A DNA stretch of 64,000 bases, taken from IMG/VR virus record IMGVR_UViG_3300047319_000410, positions 3,599 through 67,598 of that record; one strand, 5' to 3'. The stretch comes from a virus. A program made the position numbers and the translations under genes. Under the pieces are notes generated by a model. The model saw only the letters and a program-made list of their open reading frames with translations, was not told the DNA's origin and ran no database searches. Below are positions 19,343 through 29,324 of the stretch, in pieces (position 1 is the first letter of the stretch; each line of letters opens with the position of its first letter).

Positions 19343-19918
19343 TTAGTGAGTTACAACTGGCTTAGCCATTACTGCGCCTCGTGCAAGGTCCATAATTGCA
19401 CCTTGAACATCAGAGACTCCAGGAAGACCAGTATTACCAGCCGGATCAGCTACGCCTGGAACTAGTCTACTTACTGCACTAGTTACTCCACCACGAACAT
19501 TAGGATGAAGTAAATATAGTGCTCCAATAGCTAGATTAATCCACGGAGAGAAAGGAAGAGGAAGACTAGCCGCAATACTTTCTAAGAACCCTAAAATATC
19601 AGGAGAAGAACTAAATGAAGTCTTAGCTGCATTTAAATCTAATGGAATTACTACTGCACCAGTATTACCCTTAAGATTGGGCTGTGTGGTAATAACAGGA
19701 GTCGTGTTCCTATTAGCAAAAGCTGCCTTAACTGCATTACCAACCGTACCAGTAAATTGTGAAATTGGAACTGCTACGGTTGCATTAGGACTAGAATCAA
19801 CAACATTAGTATTTTCGGTAACTACCAAACCTTGTACTGAAGGATTACAACCAGTTAAAGTTGAACCTCCAGTTACACATAAAACTAACACTAACAATAC
19901 TGACATTAACTTATTCAT
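19343..19918 (-). CDS. putative lipoprotein
   Basis: MNK + hydrophobic core + LTGC lipobox; second hydrophobic segment at about aa 107-137; GGAG SD. Confidence 0.7.
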   Translation of the reverse strand: MNKLMSVLLVLVLCVTGGSTLTGCNPSVQGLVVTENTNVVDSSPNATVAVPISQFTGTVGNAVKAAFANRNTTPVITTQPNLKGNTGAVVIPLDLNAAKTSFSSSPDILGFLESIAASLPLPFSPWINLAIGALYLLHPNVRGGVTSAVSRLVPGVADPAGNTGLPGVSDVQGAIMDLARGAVMAKPVVTH

Positions 19919-19930
19919 ATATGAATCTCC

Positions 19931-20725
19931 TTAATCTTTCAAATTTGCAACATAATTATCATTACTATCCTTGGTACCAAAGATATTGATAGTCGGAGCC
20001 TTTGTTGCAATAATAGTCTCCGCTATTAGTTTAACTTCTTCATATTCTGGCTTCTTAGCAATAAGAGCATAAATATCATGACACTTTTCCATTATACTAT
20101 TAATCTCTCCATCAGTCTTAGCTACTGGAGATTGCTTGGGACGAGGACCAGATTGTGAATAATCAGGCCACTCCTCTACCATCTTTTTAACAATCTTGTA
20201 ATCATAGCCAACCTTAGGATTTAACATTGAGTCTGGTTGATTAGTGTCCGGGTCTACTACTTCATAATCTACATTAGCAATATCAGATAAGATCTTTTCC
20301 CATAACTTAATTCCTATGGACAAAATCTTAACTTCATTAGTGGTTCGATCTAGAACATTCATGTAGTATCTAGCGCCTCGTTTGATTGATCGTGCAACTA
20401 GCTTAAGATGATCTCCACCACCCTTTTCAGGCTTGAACAATGCAAAGTAAAGTTCACATAATGGACAATTTTCCCCATGAACTCTTAAACATTGAACATT
20501 CTTAATTTGATCATTATCTCCAGCAATCCTATGAATAAAATTCTCTACATAGAATCTTAATCCTTCTTCCTTTGGGGGTAAAATTCTAACAGGATTATCT
20601 CCTACTTTTACCTCTAAAAAGTTCTTAAGAAACTCATTATTAGAGCCTCCCTTACCTTTATTTTCATTTTTAGCTTTTTGGTCTTCGTATTTTGCTCGTA
20701 ATTCGTTTAAGTCTACTTTTGCCAT
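19931..20725 (-). CDS. single-stranded DNA-binding protein (gp32-like)
   Basis: VRILPP, CLR..GENCPLC, RYYMNV, GYDYKIVK, WPDYSQS. Confidence 0.85.
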   Translation of the reverse strand: MAKVDLNELRAKYEDQKAKNENKGKGGSNNEFLKNFLEVKVGDNPVRILPPKEEGLRFYVENFIHRIAGDNDQIKNVQCLRVHGENCPLCELYFALFKPEKGGGDHLKLVARSIKRGARYYMNVLDRTTNEVKILSIGIKLWEKILSDIANVDYEVVDPDTNQPDSMLNPKVGYDYKIVKKMVEEWPDYSQSGPRPKQSPVAKTDGEINSIMEKCHDIYALIAKKPEYEEVKLIAETIIATKAPTINIFGTKDSNDNYVANLKD

Positions 20726-20762
20726 AATTGTTTTCCTTTGTTATTAATCGTTAAAAATACAC

Positions 20763-20774
20763 ACTCTATAATAC
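20763..20774 (-). promoter_or_regulatory. conserved 12-mer GTATTATAGAGT, putative promoter
   Basis: Identical copy at 34208-34219; both lie upstream of minus-strand genes. Confidence 0.5.
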
Positions 20775-20776
20775 CG

Positions 20777-20818
20777 CTACAGACTACCAAAAGTAGGTAA
20801 TCTGTAGTGTTTTCTTTT
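20777..20818. terminator. stem-loop, probable terminator
   Basis: CTACAGACTACC/GGTAATCTGTAG inverted repeat in an intergenic gap; the T-tract is on the plus strand. Confidence 0.55.
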
Positions 20819-20831
20819 AATTAATTTTTAA

Positions 20832-21050
20832 TTAAACAGCAGGGACCGGAGGTACTGGGTTATTAGGATCAGTTCCTAATGCCTGTAGTCTAGTTACTTC
20901 TGCTTGTAGCCCTGCCTCAACAGTTGCTACATCTGCTGGGCTCATTCCTGCACTAAGTTGATCAATTAGTGCTTGAATTCTAGCTGCAATTGCCGTAGTT
21001 GCTACATCAATTGCCGTAATTAAATTTAATACATCTTGCGTGGCTGCCAT
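20832..21050 (-). CDS. small Ala-rich coiled-coil protein with Pro-rich tail
   Basis: 72 aa ORF with strong AAGGAG SD. Confidence 0.75.
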   Translation of the reverse strand: MAATQDVLNLITAIDVATTAIAARIQALIDQLSAGMSPADVATVEAGLQAEVTRLQALGTDPNNPVPPVPAV

Positions 21051-21188
21051 AATTCTTTCTCCTTGTTTTTCTATTCTTTTTAATGCTACTTTAATGTCAA
21101 TTAAAGCCTCTAATATATGCTCCTCAATTTTATCGTGGTTATGATTAATTTTATTAACCTCTGATATTATATAGTCTTTTAATTAAAA

Positions 21189-21638
21189 TTAAGAATTAAT
21201 TTTCATCTCTGCTCTACTATTAGAACTAAGCTGAATTAGGTTCTCATGACGTTGTTTTAATGCTTCAAATAAGCCTTTAAGGAGATTTTCTTTAGATTGA
21301 GCGACTTGCAAATCTATTTTGGTAGAACAATAATCGGTCCTACTCATTATTTTGGCTTCAATATCTTTTTCTGTTACTTTATCTTCCGATGCTCTAAGTT
21401 CTTTAGCTGTAGACGCTCTATTAGTATTATAAATTCTTTGTAAATCATCCTCTACTATTACTACCCTAGTTCTAGCCAGATTTAGAAGACCAATATAATA
21501 TGCATAAATTAAATGTGATTTAGATAGCTCCTCTTCTAATAGAGACTTATTAATAACTAAGATCTTATCACAAAGTTCAATATAATGATCCCAGTCTAAA
21601 TTATCATACACTTCTATTAATGATTGTGCTTTGCTCAT
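21189..21638 (-). CDS. uvsY: recombination mediator UvsY-like
   Basis: Helical 149 aa protein with KVTEKDIEAKI and EALKQR..LIQLSSN.R; located between helicase and SSB. Confidence 0.65.
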   Translation of the reverse strand: MSKAQSLIEVYDNLDWDHYIELCDKILVINKSLLEEELSKSHLIYAYYIGLLNLARTRVVIVEDDLQRIYNTNRASTAKELRASEDKVTEKDIEAKIMSRTDYCSTKIDLQVAQSKENLLKGLFEALKQRHENLIQLSSNSRAEMKINS

Positions 21639-21715
21639 GCTGCGTTCATTCCATTATTTGGAGGATTCTTAAGTAAAATATAAATACCAACTATAATTAA
21701 TAACAAAACTATCAT
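21635..21715 (-). CDS. 26-aa membrane micropeptide
   Basis: MIVLLLIIVGIYILLKNPPNNGMNAA; ATGA overlaps at both ends fill the gap exactly; below the ORF-track cutoff. Confidence 0.6.
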   Translation of the reverse strand: MIVLLLIIVGIYILLKNPPNNGMNAA

Positions 21716-22059
21716 ATTAATTCTTTCAACCAAGGATTAAGATTAAATAATAATAATACTGTTCTAGACATTAATACCACTATTTGTTCTTCTGTTAAAG
21801 TTATACTCTCTCCGGCTAATCCACAATTCTCTGTAAGACAGTGAGAAATTTCATGCCAGAAAGTTTCTTTCATTGATTGTTCAGATAATGAACTATCAAT
21901 TGTAATTATATAATCTGTAAAATCTGTAGAACCAATACAGGGAGATTTATCTTCTAATTTAATATTAGTGTCAAATATAATATCCATGTGACACCAACCA
22001 AGATTTAATCCATCTTTAGATAACTTACGTAATTTCTTCGTAAATGATTGTTGGGTCAT
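21712..22059 (-). CDS. small HEXXH metallopeptidase-like protein
   Basis: ITID..LS....ETFWHEISH. Confidence 0.7.
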   Translation of the reverse strand: MTQQSFTKKLRKLSKDGLNLGWCHMDIIFDTNIKLEDKSPCIGSTDFTDYIITIDSSLSEQSMKETFWHEISHCLTENCGLAGESITLTEEQIVVLMSRTVLLLFNLNPWLKELI

Positions 22060-23444
22060 ATAATCTTATTAAGGGCAGTTACAGTACGATCCAGACTCTT
22101 TATAATACTCTTTGTATTAGTTTTTAATGATTCTTTCTCAAGTTTCTTTACTTGTACTGATAGATCATTTGGGTTAAATTGCTTCATAGTTAAAGTACTG
22201 TAATCTACCGTACATTTAACTATAAACCTATTCCTACCATTTCTAGATTTAACTACGAATGCATTCATTATTCCATCATCTTTTTCTTTAGTACTCTGGT
22301 TTAATGATATTACATAATCTGCTGGTCTAATCTTACCAAAAGAATCAGCTAGTTCATTCTCTGTAATTAAAGTTACTTGAGTTCCTTGTCTATTAGGTTG
22401 AGTAGCGGTCCATAATAATACGTTATATTCAGAAGCTAATCCTCTTAAATCCTCTGCTATCTTTTGTTGGCTTAAATATTCAGCAGTATTTTGATGGGTT
22501 GGACTAAGTAATTCTAAGTAATCTATGATAAGCATATCTGGCTTAAACCCTTTGAAATTAAAGAGTTGTGTCAAATAGCTCTTAATGCCAAAGAGGTTTA
22601 TTTGTCTTGAAGGAAACTCTTTAATTACCAAACTTCCTTTAAATTTATCTTTAAATAATCCTAATCTAGTCTCTAAATCAGCCTTCGACCCCCTTAGCTT
22701 ACATTGAGGAATCTGAGTTATAATAGAGTCAAATCTCTGTGCTATCTTATCTTCTGACATTTCTAATGAGATATAAAGCACATTCTTATCTTGCTTTAAT
22801 GCCTTTACTGCTTGGTTAACTAGATAAAGGCTCTTGCCTGTACCAGAATTGGCAACTACGATGGCTAGCTCTTTCCTCGACAAGCCACCATCTAAATCCT
22901 CGTCTAATCGAGGGAATACAAGCCTGAATCTCTCCGATGTGGACTCAATTAACTGCCTTCCAAACCTATCAGTAATCGTATCATAATAAGTTTGACCTAA
23001 GTTAATATTACGACAGACTTTATTAGCATTTATGATTAAATCACTTACTTCATCATATTTCTTCTTGCCAATAAGATCAATAGCTTTAACTATAGCATTT
23101 TTAAGTGATTGTTCCTTAGCAAATTTCTCAATGAGGTCTAAGTAATATTCCTCATTTTCAAATGCTGTTGTCCCTATAGATGTAATTAAATCAACTTCAT
23201 CTAAGTAATCATTTCTATCATTTTCTTTAATATCTTCCTTAATTTTCTGATTCAGAAAATCATCCATAGGAAGTTTCTTGTACTTTGTAAAAAATTCATT
23301 AATTGTTCTATAAATGAACTTATGAGGAGTAAATTCAAAGTACTCTTCTTTAATTAATGGTGTTATCTGGACGTAGAATGATTCTTTTGATTTGATTAAG
23401 TAAAGTATTCCGCGTTGTATATTAGTTTCAAATGTAAAATTCAT
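22056..23444 (-). CDS. replicative DNA helicase (DnaB/gp41-like)
   Basis: ANSGTGKS Walker A, ISLEMSE, IIDYLEL, WTATQPNR, ADSFGK, KSRNG. Confidence 0.93.
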   Translation of the reverse strand: MNFTFETNIQRGILYLIKSKESFYVQITPLIKEEYFEFTPHKFIYRTINEFFTKYKKLPMDDFLNQKIKEDIKENDRNDYLDEVDLITSIGTTAFENEEYYLDLIEKFAKEQSLKNAIVKAIDLIGKKKYDEVSDLIINANKVCRNINLGQTYYDTITDRFGRQLIESTSERFRLVFPRLDEDLDGGLSRKELAIVVANSGTGKSLYLVNQAVKALKQDKNVLYISLEMSEDKIAQRFDSIITQIPQCKLRGSKADLETRLGLFKDKFKGSLVIKEFPSRQINLFGIKSYLTQLFNFKGFKPDMLIIDYLELLSPTHQNTAEYLSQQKIAEDLRGLASEYNVLLWTATQPNRQGTQVTLITENELADSFGKIRPADYVISLNQSTKEKDDGIMNAFVVKSRNGRNRFIVKCTVDYSTLTMKQFNPNDLSVQVKKLEKESLKTNTKSIIKSLDRTVTALNKII

Positions 23445-23446
23445 AA

Positions 23447-23905
23447 TTATCTAATCTTTTGTAACATAAATTGTACGGTTATATGACAGTTTGCTAAGAA
23501 GTTAATAGTATCTAGATAATCATCATGATCGTTCTTCTCGATAAAGACTACTTTTTTAATTCCGGCCTGCACTATTAATTTAGCACAATCAAAACAAGGA
23601 GAATAAGTACAATAAATAGTAGCTCCTTCTGAGGAATTATGAGATTTAGCTAACTTAGCTATTGCATTACTCTCAGCATGTAAAACTTCTTTTCTTGTCT
23701 TCCAGTAAGGCCCTAGAGGATCATAACCTGTATCATCCTCACAAACATTATCATATCCAACAGGAGTTCCATTATAACCTTCTGATATAATATGGTTATC
23801 TTTAACTATAATAGCTCCAACCTTCTTTTTCCTAGCATAGGATAACTCACTTATAGTGTCTGCACATTTAAGATATGCAGTATCTAAATTCATTTGAGAG
23901 GCCAT
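23447..23905 (-). CDS. dCMP deaminase
   Basis: VGAIIV, GYNG, HAESNAI, SPCFDC. Confidence 0.93.
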   Translation of the reverse strand: MASQMNLDTAYLKCADTISELSYARKKKVGAIIVKDNHIISEGYNGTPVGYDNVCEDDTGYDPLGPYWKTRKEVLHAESNAIAKLAKSHNSSEGATIYCTYSPCFDCAKLIVQAGIKKVVFIEKNDHDDYLDTINFLANCHITVQFMLQKIR

Positions 23906-24360
23906 TATAGTTTCTTTTTCTTATTTTTATAGTAACTATGGTTCATATTAGTTTCTCTTGTTAGTTTTTTAGCTAGTTCAACCTTTCTCTTAGTTTCTAC
24001 GTCGGATACTCGTTTAGCTCCAAATTTCTTAGCAGTTTCATGAGTAAAGTCCATTCTAGAATAAGGAGAAGTAGTATCTTCTAGCCTCTTTCTGGTGGCC
24101 CTAATACTATCATTATAGTACTTTAAAGCATCGTCTTTAGATGCTCCCTTCTTATGAAATACTTGAGCTTTTCGTCTATTAGTATGAAAGTCCATTCCTT
24201 TAAAATGTAAGTTAGGAGAACTGCTATAATATCGTTCTCTTTGTTTTTTACATTTAGGACATTTAGCTCTCTTAGGAGCCTTTAACATTGGAGCTTCTTT
24301 CTCCCATAATGTTTTACATTTCTCACACTTAAATTCATATAAAGTCATTAGGCCCCACAA
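23905..24360 (-). CDS. FmdB-type zinc-ribbon protein
   Basis: YEFKCEKC...CPKC...FKG..FHTN. Confidence 0.7.
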   Translation of the reverse strand: MWGLMTLYEFKCEKCKTLWEKEAPMLKAPKRAKCPKCKKQRERYYSSSPNLHFKGMDFHTNRRKAQVFHKKGASKDDALKYYNDSIRATRKRLEDTTSPYSRMDFTHETAKKFGAKRVSDVETKRKVELAKKLTRETNMNHSYYKNKKKKL

Positions 24361-26297
24361 TCACGATCCCCAATAGCACAAGCAGTACCATTAGCTACTT
24401 CTGCAAAAGTTACTTCTTGATTCTTAATATCAGGAACATATTTATCTAAGTTCTCTTTAGTTAAAGGAATAGCTTCTAATGGTTCTACTTCTGTATCGGT
24501 AGCCTTTGATCCTGCACGATAGATAGTAAATCCTTTAACATATCTTGAATAAGCTAATACTAATTCAGACATTTCTTCCCATTTAGCGTCCTTGGGTAAA
24601 TTAAGAGTCTTACTTAAACTATTATCTACGTATCTTTGGATCGTAGCCTGCATCCTGATATGGCCCTCAGGAGTTACATCATACGCCCCTACAAAGTTCG
24701 TAAGATCATTTCCGCTTTGAATGTATTTCTTAAATAGAGGATCTACAACCACTTGTGACTTCCATACGTTAGCGTCTCTATATCTTCGTTTATACATTGC
24801 TGCGAATATAGGTTCAATACCAGTAGAAACTCCTAATAGCATAGAAATAGTACCAGTAGGAGCGGCGGTTATCATTACTGCATTTCTAATTCCCATTTCT
24901 TTAACTTGTAATCTAATGGATGGGGGCAAAGATTTAGCAAACGGTTGAGCCAAGAACTTCTTAGCATCAAAGGCTGTGAATGATCCTTTTTCTCTGGCAA
25001 TATAAGATGAAGCTCTATAACATTCATTTCTAAATGTCATAAACAGTCTATCTACAAACTCAATAGACTTTTCATCCCCATACTTATAACCCAGTTTAAT
25101 TAAAAGATAATGTAATCCAGTTACTCCTAATCCTATACGTCTAGATCGTTCTCCTACTTCTCTACACTCAGGAATAGGATAATAATTATAAGTTAAAACA
25201 TTATCAAGGAATCTTATTCCAACTCTAATGGTTCTGGCTAGCTTTCTCCAATCTACATCTTTACCAGACTCGTCAACCATATTAGCAAGATTGACATGCC
25301 CTAAGCAACAATTACCATATTGAGGTAATGGAATCTCTCCACATGGATTAGTAGCAGGCATGGATTCAAAATAACTAACATTAGTCCATTCAGCAGCCTT
25401 ATCAATCATGAAGACTCCAGGATCTCCACACTCTACTGAATTTTGGAATATCTTATCCCATAGCCACTTAGCTTTAACTTGAATTTTTCTTACATTAGTA
25501 AAGTCATCATCATATTTTAATAAATAGTGATTTCTTACTCTTCCCAATACGTCTTCTTCACTTAAACCAATAACATTAATAGTATCTGTAGTTCTTGTAT
25601 GACCATCTTCATTAGTGGAGATACGATCTACTGCAAAAATAAAGTAGTCTCTATTATTAAACTTAAAGTTCCAATCATAATCATTATCTACTGCGTCTAA
25701 GAACTTATCTGTTATTCCTACTGATATATTAAAGTTATTTAATTCTTTCTTATCTAACTTAACGTGAAGAAATTCTAATAGGTCTGGGTGATCTACATTA
25801 AGAATTGCTATTAAAGCTGTTCTACGATATCTTCCTGCTTTAACATGATTAGCAATTTCATTAATCATCTTCATTACAGATACGGCACCAGGAGCAGAAT
25901 GAGCTATATTAGCCACTGTGTCTCCTCTTGGGCGAACCCAGGAATAATTACCTCCAACTCCACCACCACCACAGGAAATTTGATAATAATCAGAAATAGT
26001 CTTACCAATGGATTGAATAGAATCCTCAGGACTTAATTGATAACAATTAAGCATATTTTGCTTAGATCTACCACAACCAAAGATAATTCTTCCTCCTGGT
26101 ATAAAGTCTCCTTTTCTTAAAGAGTCATAAAATCTATCTTCATAAGTAGCCTTATCCTCATCCTTCTCTACTGATGCTATAGTTCTAGCAATAACCCTAG
26201 ATCTCTCTTGCCAAGTCTCTTCCCCGGGATAAGCGTATCGCTTTAAAAATATCTCTTTAGATAGTCCTTCTAATTGTAATGTGTGCGTATCAGTCAT
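24348..26297 (-). CDS. nrdJ: class II (adenosylcobalamin) ribonucleotide reductase
   Basis: FIPGGRI, TNPCGEIPL, CCLGHVNL, APTGTIS, KGFTIYR (no YY pair), C-terminal Cys pair; no beta subunit nearby. Confidence 0.88.
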   Translation of the reverse strand: MTDTHTLQLEGLSKEIFLKRYAYPGEETWQERSRVIARTIASVEKDEDKATYEDRFYDSLRKGDFIPGGRIIFGCGRSKQNMLNCYQLSPEDSIQSIGKTISDYYQISCGGGGVGGNYSWVRPRGDTVANIAHSAPGAVSVMKMINEIANHVKAGRYRRTALIAILNVDHPDLLEFLHVKLDKKELNNFNISVGITDKFLDAVDNDYDWNFKFNNRDYFIFAVDRISTNEDGHTRTTDTINVIGLSEEDVLGRVRNHYLLKYDDDFTNVRKIQVKAKWLWDKIFQNSVECGDPGVFMIDKAAEWTNVSYFESMPATNPCGEIPLPQYGNCCLGHVNLANMVDESGKDVDWRKLARTIRVGIRFLDNVLTYNYYPIPECREVGERSRRIGLGVTGLHYLLIKLGYKYGDEKSIEFVDRLFMTFRNECYRASSYIAREKGSFTAFDAKKFLAQPFAKSLPPSIRLQVKEMGIRNAVMITAAPTGTISMLLGVSTGIEPIFAAMYKRRYRDANVWKSQVVVDPLFKKYIQSGNDLTNFVGAYDVTPEGHIRMQATIQRYVDNSLSKTLNLPKDAKWEEMSELVLAYSRYVKGFTIYRAGSKATDTEVEPLEAIPLTKENLDKYVPDIKNQEVTFAEVANGTACAIGDRDCGA

Positions 26298-26481
26298 TTA
26301 ATATTTCCTTTGATACCTCTGCTTGCTGCATTAACTTATTCCATAGCTCTAAAACTACTTGATGGTTATTAAATTGAGGAGTAGGATAAATACCATGAGC
26401 AAAGTCGTACATTACCGAATGGCAAAATCCATTCACATCATAATACTTAATATCTTTAAGATCTAACAATCGTCTCTCCAT
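26290..26481 (-). CDS. hypothetical protein
   Basis: 63 aa ORF overlapping both neighbours. Confidence 0.55.
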   Translation of the reverse strand: MERRLLDLKDIKYYDVNGFCHSVMYDFAHGIYPTPQFNNHQVVLELWNKLMQQAEVSKEILND

Positions 26482-27991
26482 TTTTCTTTATCACCTTAAT
26501 ACTATCATGTTCTTCTAATAATTCTTGTAAGTCTCTATTATGAGTTATGATAAATATCTTTTTATCTTTCTTAAGTTCTTTTAGTAATTTATATAGCCCT
26601 TTTACACCCCGAAAATCTAAATTTTCTCCAACTTCATCCAAGAAAAGTAAATCAGAATTTATAGTACCATTTAGAACCGCTAAGTTATTCAATGAGAAAG
26701 CAACAGCTAAATCTATCATTCTTTGTTCTCCACCAGAAAGAGCTTTATAACTCTTTTGAATTCCATAACTTACAATTTTCTCATCTAAGGAATCATTAAA
26801 TTCTATAATTAGAGAATTATTAGAAAGATATCCTAAATAAAAATTACATTTTGTGTTAAAGTAATCTAGTATATTACGAATTATATACTTTATAATTCCT
26901 TCTTCTGAAAAGGCTGTTTCCCAGAACTTCATTATATCATATTTCTTAATATAGTCTTTTTGTTCTTGTTCTATTAGTTTTATCTTCTCAGTAAACTCTT
27001 TTTCAAAAGTTTTAAGATTTTCCTCTTGTGCTTGTAAGCCTTTTAGCTCTATAACCTTCTGATAATCCTTAGACGCAATAGGAATATCAATCATGTCTAT
27101 AGCAATCTCAGTTGCCATAATAGTGTCATTAACCACATTTATTTTTTCTTGAATCTCTTCTTTAGATTCAATTTTATCTAAGGGTAAAGATTGATTACAG
27201 GTTATGCATACCTTTTTACCAGACCTATTAAGATCTTGGTGAAGTTTACCAATCTTACCTCTAGAAGAAGCTAAATCTTTTATAAGATTAGATTTAATAT
27301 TCTCTCTTTTAACTATCTCTTCTAATGAAATTTCTGGAATAGTTATTCCTATTTCTCCCTTTTGCTCTAATATCTTAATTATTTTATTATTAGTATCATC
27401 TAAGTTCTTTTTTACATCCTCTATACGAAGATCATTAGCTTTAAGTCTATTCTTAAGATCAAGTCTTATATTCTTAGCTTTATCTCTTAATGTAAAATAC
27501 TCATCTAAGCTAAGATAATTCTTAATTAAAGATCTCTTATCATCAGGAGTAGATCCTACGAATCTTACATTATTGTGTTGTCCAAATATAGAAGAGTATG
27601 TAAAAGTTTTGTAATTTATCTTTAACTCAGACTCTATAAACTTCTGAGTCTCTAAGACAGAATTTCTAGTTTCCTCTTTATTTTCTTGATAGACTCTAAG
27701 AATTGAGGGTTTTCTTCCCCTAATAATTCTAAGACTTCCGATACAAAGTTCAACAAATAAAGGTCCCTCACTCTCTCCTCTAACCAATTCGTCCTCGTTA
27801 AGTCCGCGAATAGTGCGTCCAAATAATCCAAATATGACAGCCTCGAAGATACTTGATTTTCCTGCTCCATTTGATCTTCGTTCATCTACATTATCTCCTT
27901 TAATCTGTATTAAACCATTATAATCATTAAAATCTATCTCTGCTTCTTTAATAGATAAGAAATTCTTTATCTTAAGTTTTCCGAGTTTCAT
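26456..27991 (-). CDS. Rad50/SbcC-like recombination ATPase (gp46-like)
   Basis: NGAGKSS, CITC zinc hook, LSGGE, LFLDE, IITH. Confidence 0.93.
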   Translation of the reverse strand: MKLGKLKIKNFLSIKEAEIDFNDYNGLIQIKGDNVDERRSNGAGKSSIFEAVIFGLFGRTIRGLNEDELVRGESEGPLFVELCIGSLRIIRGRKPSILRVYQENKEETRNSVLETQKFIESELKINYKTFTYSSIFGQHNNVRFVGSTPDDKRSLIKNYLSLDEYFTLRDKAKNIRLDLKNRLKANDLRIEDVKKNLDDTNNKIIKILEQKGEIGITIPEISLEEIVKRENIKSNLIKDLASSRGKIGKLHQDLNRSGKKVCITCNQSLPLDKIESKEEIQEKINVVNDTIMATEIAIDMIDIPIASKDYQKVIELKGLQAQEENLKTFEKEFTEKIKLIEQEQKDYIKKYDIMKFWETAFSEEGIIKYIIRNILDYFNTKCNFYLGYLSNNSLIIEFNDSLDEKIVSYGIQKSYKALSGGEQRMIDLAVAFSLNNLAVLNGTINSDLLFLDEVGENLDFRGVKGLYKLLKELKKDKKIFIITHNRDLQELLEEHDSIKVIKKNGETIVRS

Positions 27992-28335
27992 TTATAATTT
28001 TCTGCTTTTGGATATTCCTTAGTTTCTCTCTCAGATTCTTGTAATAACTTTTTAAACAGTTCAGATTTAGTTTTATTTTTAAAATCACCCATTCTAAAAA
28101 CACATCTGTCTGTCTTAGTTACTTTATCTTTAGGAGAATATCCATCAATTAAAAATGTATTAAATGATGAATTTAAACTATCATCTTTTAAACTAACAAG
28201 TACATTAGCTGGGCCGTCAACCAATACTAAATTCCAATGAAAATAATAACCCCATGTCTTCTCACAGGTACATTGTCTTATAGTATGAGTTAATTGCAAC
28301 ATATCATTGCAGTAGAAACATTGTAATAACTTCAT
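27988..28335 (-). CDS. hypothetical Cys-containing protein
   Basis: CFYCND...CTC; ATGA-coupled between gp47 and gp46. Confidence 0.65.
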   Translation of the reverse strand: MKLLQCFYCNDMLQLTHTIRQCTCEKTWGYYFHWNLVLVDGPANVLVSLKDDSLNSSFNTFLIDGYSPKDKVTKTDRCVFRMGDFKNKTKSELFKKLLQESERETKEYPKAENYK

Positions 28336-29324
28336 GATTTAATCTCTGTTAATCCTTTTAATAAACTATCTTTAGAAATCTTAGTATTAGACTCATCAAT
28401 ATACTTCTCTATTACACCCTCATTAATTTCATTTATATTAACAGTTGGATTATAAGTTGAATTATGTTTAATTTCATATAATTGACTAAACTTAATGTCA
28501 AGATACTTTACATTATATTTACTTAAAATATCTTCTTTTAGCTTAGCAATACTATTATCACCAATCTTATTAACTATAACTCTTAATAAAGTAAAATAAT
28601 CAGGATCATTAATATCATCCTTATGATTCTCTAAGTCTTCTAACTTACATACGTAGTGTCTGATACCTTGATTATTTCTTATAAACTTAATTCCGTCTTT
28701 TTCTATTCTAGCCACATAACATGGTTTTCTGCTCTCTCCAAAGTTAGTGGTATATGGAGTTCCTAATATAGTTATATTTTCGTTGAACTGTTTAAAGCTG
28801 TGAATGTGACCCAAAATGCAGCGATTATTAATACTGGAAGGATCAATAGTGAAATCAGAGATCCCCATAGTATTGAGACTACCGAAGAAGCCAAAATGTC
28901 CAAGCAGAATTTGAGAACTTTCAGCAGTTTTAATAGCATTTATAATTACACTTTCATTTTCGTAGAACGGGATTAACCTAAAATATTTATCTCCAATAAT
29001 TGTATCTGTTATCTCAGTTATTATACTAACTTGTTCATCATTAGCAAATAAACTTAATGATGTTGGAGAATCATCTGACTTATTCTCCATGTCATGATTA
29101 CCTTTAAGAATGTAAAATCTTCCATAAAGTAAATCCAATAAATTCTTAAAAGCTAATAACTCAGTAGGAGATGGTCTTCTCTTCTCAAACACATCTCCTA
29201 ATAAGATTATGTTCATGCACTTACTATCTTTAATTATCTTTAAAATAGAATTTACTTGAGCATCAAGATATCCTGGAAATCTATTATGAAGATGGATATC
29301 TCCTATTATTAGGGTTGAATTCAT
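28332..29324 (-). CDS. Mre11/SbcD-like nuclease (gp47-like)
   Basis: GDIH, LGDVF, GNHD, LGHIH, GTPY...FGE. Confidence 0.92.
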   Translation of the reverse strand: MNSTLIIGDIHLHNRFPGYLDAQVNSILKIIKDSKCMNIILLGDVFEKRRPSPTELLAFKNLLDLLYGRFYILKGNHDMENKSDDSPTSLSLFANDEQVSIITEITDTIIGDKYFRLIPFYENESVIINAIKTAESSQILLGHFGFFGSLNTMGISDFTIDPSSINNRCILGHIHSFKQFNENITILGTPYTTNFGESRKPCYVARIEKDGIKFIRNNQGIRHYVCKLEDLENHKDDINDPDYFTLLRVIVNKIGDNSIAKLKEDILSKYNVKYLDIKFSQLYEIKHNSTYNPTVNINEINEGVIEKYIDESNTKISKDSLLKGLTEIKS

